Shown here piece after piece: positions 57,411 through 64,000 of a stretch of DNA of 64,000 nt. The notes under the pieces are model-generated. The model was not told the DNA's origin. It ran no database searches and worked only from the letters and a program-made list of their open reading frames with translations. Where the stretch lies: the NCBI RefSeq assembly GCF_009914755.1, contig NC_060927.1; one strand, given 5' to 3'. Within the stretch, counting starts at the first letter, position 1, and the number at the start of each line of letters is the position of its first letter. The position numbers were made by a program, and so were the translations under genes. Source of the DNA: the human T2T-CHM13v2.0 reference genome, Homo sapiens.

Positions 57411-58539
57411 GTTATCCTAAGGACTTGCTATGCCACCACTCAGAATCTTTAAAAGGAGAAGTTCTTACTGCTAAGACTAGGAGATATATATATAGTATAA
57501 ATATAGGATATATATTTATATATAGTCTTCATAGGCAATATAAGAATGAGAACAGGCTAATTTTAGGGGACCACTACAATGGCATTTTCTGTACTGAATA
57601 AAGGAGCAAGAACACATGTAAGGTGGAGAGGAAAAGACACACTGAGGTTGCTAAATGAAATTCAATCAGCGTATATTGATTTCGACTAAATGCAAGGTAT
57701 GGATAGGCACTAAACAAAGGATAATGAATCTGACCCAGTCTTTGACTTCAAGCACAGTCAAAAAGAAAAGAGGCTCATATAAATAACAGTTAAGGCCAGA
57801 TTATTTTAATGTGCTGTAACAAAGATATTTAATACATGAAAGTGCATAAGTTATTACAGAACTAAAAACCCCAATGTCTAGGCTAATGTTCCTATGTCCT
57901 TTATGATAAGGGGCTTTCTTAAATCTCTACCCACACAGCAGGTATCAGCCACCACAGTGACCTTCCAAGGGCAGGGGGCAAGGGGTTTGAAGGGTGGGCT
58001 TTCTCATTATCTCTTGGAGCAACTCTCAGAAGACAAGACAATCAGATGCCAACATACGAGATAGTGTTCCTTAACTGCACTACACTTCATTGGCTGCAAA
58101 GCCCCAAATACCCTCTGACTCATGGGAAAGGAAAATTCAGTTGCTGCCCTTGTTTATGCCATGGTTTTCCCTCTCAGTTCACAATTACCAGGTTGTGCTA
58201 GTCAGATTGAAATGACCATAGAGTGCAGCAGTTAAGGGTGTGGTGGAAGCCAAATCCACCTCATTCCACCACTTACCTCAACCAAATCAGTTTTCTCATT
58301 CTCCAAAACAAAGATAATAATAATAATTGATTCAAAGCTTGTGGTATGATAAAGTGAATTAATATGAGTTAAACTGGTATATTGCCCTAGCTACACAGGT
58401 CTCATTTTAGCCTAAAGAATGTGCAGACTTGAGCAATGTGCTATTTCATGTGTTGGTGCTTCTTTGCACAATGCTCCCTAATTATTCAAAACACTAGAAG
58501 TTGCTTCTCCCCATCCCCTTCTATTCCATACAAGCATAT

Positions 58540-58805
58540 GTGGCCATTAAGGCAAATTCACACTTGTCTTTGAAAACTGAAGGCAGACATTGCTTCCTTG
58601 AAGCCTGTCTTGCAATCTCATAGGTATTTTTGTTGTGCTTTTTACATGCTTCATTCCTGCAACTTTTTAAGTGTCTATGTGTTTTCCTTATAAGTGTTGG
58701 AACACCACAATGGCAGTCTTTGTCTTTTTTATTCCTCTAAGCTCAGTATTTAACTTGGTTCCCAGCACATAAAATTGCTAAATAATGTGAATTAATAAAT
58801 GAACG
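58540..58805 (+). mobile_element. L2 3' end fragment
   Basis: cccagcacataaaattgctaaataatgtgaattaataaatgaa tail. Confidence 0.55.
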
Positions 58806-60142
58806 TATGATCTGGTATCAGAATCTGTGGCATTGCAATCTTGTATGAGTCATCTAACATCCCAATACTTGAGTACTTCTTTATCTCTAGCTAAGAGGAA
58901 GTTATCACTGCTTGCTCTTGTTTGCTCTATGCTGCTTTTCTAAAGTTTAACCAGTTAATCATCAAAAAGCACTCAGAAGATAAGGCATATGGAACATTGC
59001 CACATGGTATCAAAATGCTAAGGCGTCCCAAAGAGACCTACCAATCAGTGAAAAGTCATGGAATGCAGCCTCAAGCACCGGATATTCTAACAGCTGCTGA
59101 ATCTTGTCTGCATTTCATTCTGGTGTCAGAGATCCTAGGGACCTATCTATGAGCCCTGCCGATTGAGTCTCAGCTCTGTTCACACCTGTTTGGATGTATC
59201 ATTGAAGAGTGAACGTGTACCGCCACTGCACTTGGCTCTGATATTCAGTTTCACATGTGTTCTTTATGTACCTAAGGCAGTTGCAAATCTTCTATAGTTG
59301 TGAATTCTAGTGTCACAGGAACTCAAGGCTAGGATTGTCTAAAATGGGCTGGCATTAGCCCTGGAATGCAGTAGTTCATTTTTTCATCCTTTCCTGGGTT
59401 CTGTGGCATGAATCAACTTGCTCCTTCAAGGTTTTCTCATTGCACACTTTCAGCTTTGTCAGATACACTGAGTCAGTTACCACTTGCCCATATTGTTTCC
59501 AGCATCCAAAATTAATTAAATTAACATTTTAAATTGGCTGTTATCTCCTCACTAATTCTCAAATTGCCTGCTTTCTTCCTTTACCTTATCCACCTCTTTA
59601 TTCCTGTACCACCATTTTAGTGGAGTTTAGACGAAGCGAGGTAAATGTATTGGTTTTCATTAACATATTTAACTGAGAATCTTTGTATATATTTGCTTCA
59701 TTACCCTCAAACATTCTCTGGAGGTGGAATCAGGAGCCAAGAGTGGACCAAAAAAAAGTTGGGTTCTGGGAAGAACAGCTCTCTCCAGTCTGTATCCTGG
59801 ACTGGATAATTTGAGAGAAACTTTCAAGCCTACTGGCTAATGAAGCCCTCACAATTATAGTCAAGATTGCTGGTATACCTCTCATGGAATCAGGCAGGGA
59901 CAGACCTCTCATGAAACTTTACACCCAAATCAGACTGAACCAGAAAAGTGAGAGAACAGGGCTCTATTGGATTGAAGGTTAGTACCCCTTATAGGATTTA
60001 GAGATGGGCCTATTTTTCAGCCTTGCCAGTGTACTCTGACCAGGAAATTTCATTTCCCAAGAGGAAGGAAAAGTTCTTCAATAGGTTTCTGTATGCCAAA
60101 GTGCATACGTCATCTTCACATAGGTCTTGTAGAACTGACAAG

Positions 60143-60734
60143 GTGGAACCAAACACAGGTTCAGCCGCTTACAAAATCGAATTACTAGAATGAAGTACTG
60201 TAGAAGGAAAGTGACTTTATTTTCCAAAGTTAGCAGTGGAGAAGTGGTTCAGATTCCCACCTTAATGAAACCACTTCAAAATTCTCAGGCAAAATGCTAG
60301 GGTTAAAAAAAGCAAGTTTGGTACGGAGGGCGAAGTTATGCAGGATAGGGGACGAGGTGGTACAGATCTACACGACATGCTCTGATGACTGACCTTGAGT
60401 TGTTGCCCATCTGATGAATGGGCTGGTGTCATCTCAGGATCAACCCAGTTGTAAATTAGCTGCAGTCTTGAACAGTCTTGAAATAATCTCTTGGTGGGGG
60501 AGAAGTCCATAGTCACCTGGATTGTCTCGAGATACCGTCTCTGGAACTTCTAAGCGAACATAATTAGATAAGCTAGCAATGCAAGGAAGAAAGGTGAGTA
60601 AATATTATTTATTTCTTTCCACTCTCCTGGTGGAAAGGAGAGTAAATATTATTATTTTACCACTAAAAAGTTAATACAAAAGGCCACAGAAGGAAAAGGG
60701 GGAAAAAAAGTTAAAAATAGAGTACTTGGTTACA
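60143..60734 (-). mobile_element. ERV1-class solo LTR (MER67/MER31-like)
   Basis: Ends agagtacttggttaca (reverse complement TGTAACCAAGTACTC); aaccaaacacaggttcagccgct and gaaagtgactttatt near the other end; family assignment uncertain. Confidence 0.55.
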
Positions 60735-61724
60735 AAAGGACAACACTGAAGCCTCTGACTGTCACTGTTGGCTGAATCACCTCATGCTGCCCTAGCCCCA
60801 TCCCTCCTCACTCGGGGCTTTCTTCCTCCTCAGGAGTGCTCTTTGTTCAATTTATAAAAGGTTAACCTGCTTCAAAATTTTAGTTTTATGTAGCAACTGA
60901 TTACTTCAGAATTTCTTCCCATGTCCCCAACTCTGCTGGTTGATTGACGAGCTTGTCCCAACGTGAGATTTTTTGTTTGTTTGTTTGTTTGCTTGAGAAA
61001 CAATAATGAGATACATTCTCCCTGGCTTGGTCTCCTGTTGCATGGGTTTTTTTCTGAGCTTGCCGCCAAATATTGTCTTTTCACTCTGTAGTCTAGAACA
61101 AGGTTTTAGAAGTGAAGATGATATTAAAGAATGATAGAACTTGATATCATTAAAATCAATCAGTTTACTTAGAAAATGCCCACTAAATAAGGATGTGTGT
61201 GTGTATGCATATACATACATATCTCCATCTCCTTATTTCTTTCACTTTTGTGAACTGTTCCCATTAGAATGGGTGACGAAATTAAATTGGAGTTATTTTT
61301 TTTTCTTTTGGTAAGTTAGTTAGCTAACATTAAATATGCTGAGAAAACCTAAATAAACCAAGTTGCTTCTGTTAATCATTCAGAGTGCTATAAACAAGCC
61401 CTTTAGATCCTCATTTTGGATCTTTTCTTCTAAACTACAGTATATTTGTCCACTTTGAAGGAGGTATTCTTAGAATCAAACTGTAGCAGTTTTCTAAGTT
61501 ACCAACAGTGAGGGCTCTTCATCCATTTTTCATGCGAAATCTCACAGACAAAAACAATGGGATTTCTAATCTGTTCACATTCTTATAGTATTATTGTATC
61601 TTCCTACTCTTTCCCTTTTGCTAAAAAGAATAACAATTACTAGATGATACAGTCTAGCAGAATAATCAACCTGGGCATCTTATAAAAACAAGTTCTTCAA
61701 GATGTCAATGGCTTCTTTCCATTA

Positions 61725-61797
61725 TCCTCCTCCTCCTCCTCCTCCTCTTCCTCCTTCTCCTCTTCCTCCTCCTCCTCCTCTTTCTCTATCCTTCTTC
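61725..61797. repeat. (CCT)n/(CTT)n trinucleotide tract
   Basis: tcctcctcctcctcctcctcctcttcctccttctcctcttcctcc... Confidence 0.9.
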
Positions 61798-62502
61798 TAA
61801 TACTGATGCCTGGTTTAACTAAAATAAGGTTTTCCAAAAAGGATATTAAGTCTATTTAAAACTTGAAAAATACAAACATGCAGGATACTTTTAACTGTTG
61901 TATTCTTAGTGTTAAAAATTAAATGTACTTTTAAGACTTGACTCTTCTCTCATTTCCTATCCTCCTGTGATTTAGAAATCCCAAATTGATTTGTCAAGAC
62001 AAATCAAAGAGAAAAGAGTATTTTCATTGGGCTTATTGCTTCTCAGGGTGAACAAATACAGTGAGTTACAGGCAAGAAAAAAAATGCATGGTGACCCATA
62101 CAGCTCCATTACATTTTACAAGGGCGACTAATGATGACATTTACTATTCTCCTATTAAATAGAAACCACAGTATTCCCATTTTACCCCAATATCTCTGAA
62201 ATATATTATAGTCTAATACCATGGCTTTATTTTGAAAGTCAAGAATTCTTGCTATTTCTAATGTTTTCCTCCATATCACATAATAATGCATTGAGTGCTG
62301 TGACCCCAATACCACTCAAGTCATCATGGGCACTCTCTTTTAGCCTTATTGTTTTCTACCATAAAATGAGGTTACAATATTCTACCCAGGTATAAGTTTA
62401 CCTAGACTTGGAAACAAAGAATTCCATGTCAACCTCACTCCAGTTATCTTACTTGTCTTATACATTTGACTGTGTGTATGTCTGTGTGCATATGTGTGCA
62501 AA

Positions 62503-64000
62503 TAGGCATACCTCAGATATATTTGGTTTTAGATCACACCAATAAAGCAAACACCATAATAACACAAGTCATACACATCTTTTTGTTTCCCAGTGCATAT
62601 AGAGGTTATATTTATACTATATTGTACACTATTAAGTGTGAAATATCATTCTGTCTAAAAAAAAGCAATATACCTACTTTAATTTAAAAATACATTACTG
62701 CTAAAATGCTAATGAGCATTGGAGCATCATTTTAATCTTCTTGCTGGTGGAGCATTTTATCTTGATATTGACAGTTGCCAACTGATTAGAGTGGTGGATG
62801 CTAAAGGTTGAGATGGTTGTAGCAAATTTTAAAAATAAAACAACAATGGAGTTTGCCTCATCGATTGACTCTTTCATAAAAGATTTCTTTGTAGCATGTC
62901 ATGCTGCTGCTGGAAAGCATTTTACCCACAGTAGAACTTCTTTCAAAATTGGAGTAAATCCCCTAAAACCCTGCCACTGCTTTATAAACTAAGTCTATAT
63001 AATAGTCTCAATCCTTTCTTCTCATTTCAATCATGTTTCCAGCACCTTCACCAGGAATAGTTTCCATCTCAAGAAACCACTTTCTTTGTTCACCCATAAG
63101 AAACAATTCCTTGTCCATTCAACTTTATCGTAATATTGTAGCAGTTCAGTCACATCTTCAGGTTCCGCTTCTAATTTTAGTTCTCAGGCTATGTCTGCCA
63201 CATCTGCACTTACTCCACTGAAATATTGAACCCCTCACAGTCATCTATGAAGGTTTGGAAACAGTTTCTTCCAAACTCTTTTCAATATTGATATTTTGTT
63301 CTCCTTCCATGAATCATGGATATTCTCAATAGCATTTAGAATGATGAATCCTTTCTAGAATATTTTCAAGTTACTTCACTCAGATTCATTAGAGTAATCA
63401 TTAACTATGGCAGCTATAGCCTTGGAAAATGTACTTCTTAAATAAGAAGATTTGAAAGTCAAAATTACACTTTATCCATGGGCTTCAGAATGGATGCTGT
63501 GTTAGTAGGCATGGAAATAACATCAGTCTCCTTGTACTTCTCCATCAGAGTTCTTGAGTGACTATGAGCAGTAATATTTTGAGAGGAATCTTTTTTGAGC
63601 AGAGGGTCTCAACAGTGGGCTTAAAATATTCGGTAAACTATGCCGTAAACAGATGTGCTGTCGTCCAGCCTTTTTGTTCCATTTATAGAGCACAGGCTGA
63701 GTGGAATTAACCTAATTCATCAGAGCTCTAGATTTTCAGAATGGTAAGCGAGCATTAGCTTCAACTTAAAGTCACCCAGCTGCTTTATCCCCTAACAAGA
63801 GTCAGCCTGTCTTTTGAAGCTGTGAAGCCAGTTATTGATGTCTCTCTAGCTAGGAGAGTCCTGGATGGCATCTTCTTCCAATACAGTATAACGCTGCTTT
63901 GTCTTTACTAAAAATATGTTGTTTAGTGTAGCCACCCTCGTCAATGATTTTAGCTAAATCTTCTGCATAGCTTGCTATACAACTTGCTACTTCATCTTGC
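62503..64000 (-). mobile_element. Tigger1 DNA transposon (3' part, runs off the window)
   Basis: TIR aggcatacctc; tttcccagtgcatata..gttatattta; ccatgggcttcagaatggatgctgtgttagtaggcatgg match reverse Tigger1 with a decayed transposase. Confidence 0.9.

Overview
Primate genomic DNA, almost certainly human or great ape. It is recognisable as the 3' end of ARPP21 (human 3p22, from recall of the protein C-terminus ...NAGWQVKF) followed by about 43 kb of repeat-dense intergenic sequence. Bases 1-19055 are the tail of a large intron. The last two coding exons are 19056-19204 and 20375-20632. The ~0.5 kb 3'UTR carries a miR-128 seed site, a miR-9 seed site, a CPE and two AATAAA signals. Downstream lie solo LTRs (MST, THE1D, MER52, MLT1/MLT2), nested ERVL/Tigger insertions, old L1M/L2/MIR relics, a full-length but inactivated L1PA2/L1PA3-type LINE-1 on the minus strand (45285-51353) and a Tigger1 running off the right edge. 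I cannot demonstrate a new gene system. The most interesting observations are: (i) a recurrent signature of palindrome-creating templated indels, three in the young L1 alone, one of which breaks ORF0; (ii) candidate unannotated ARPP21 cassette, poison and micro exons at ~11.3-11.6 kb and ~16.8-16.9 kb; (iii) a proximal poly(A) signal positioned to remove the miR-128 feedback site. Repeat subfamily names come from recall of consensus sequences and old-repeat boundaries are approximate.
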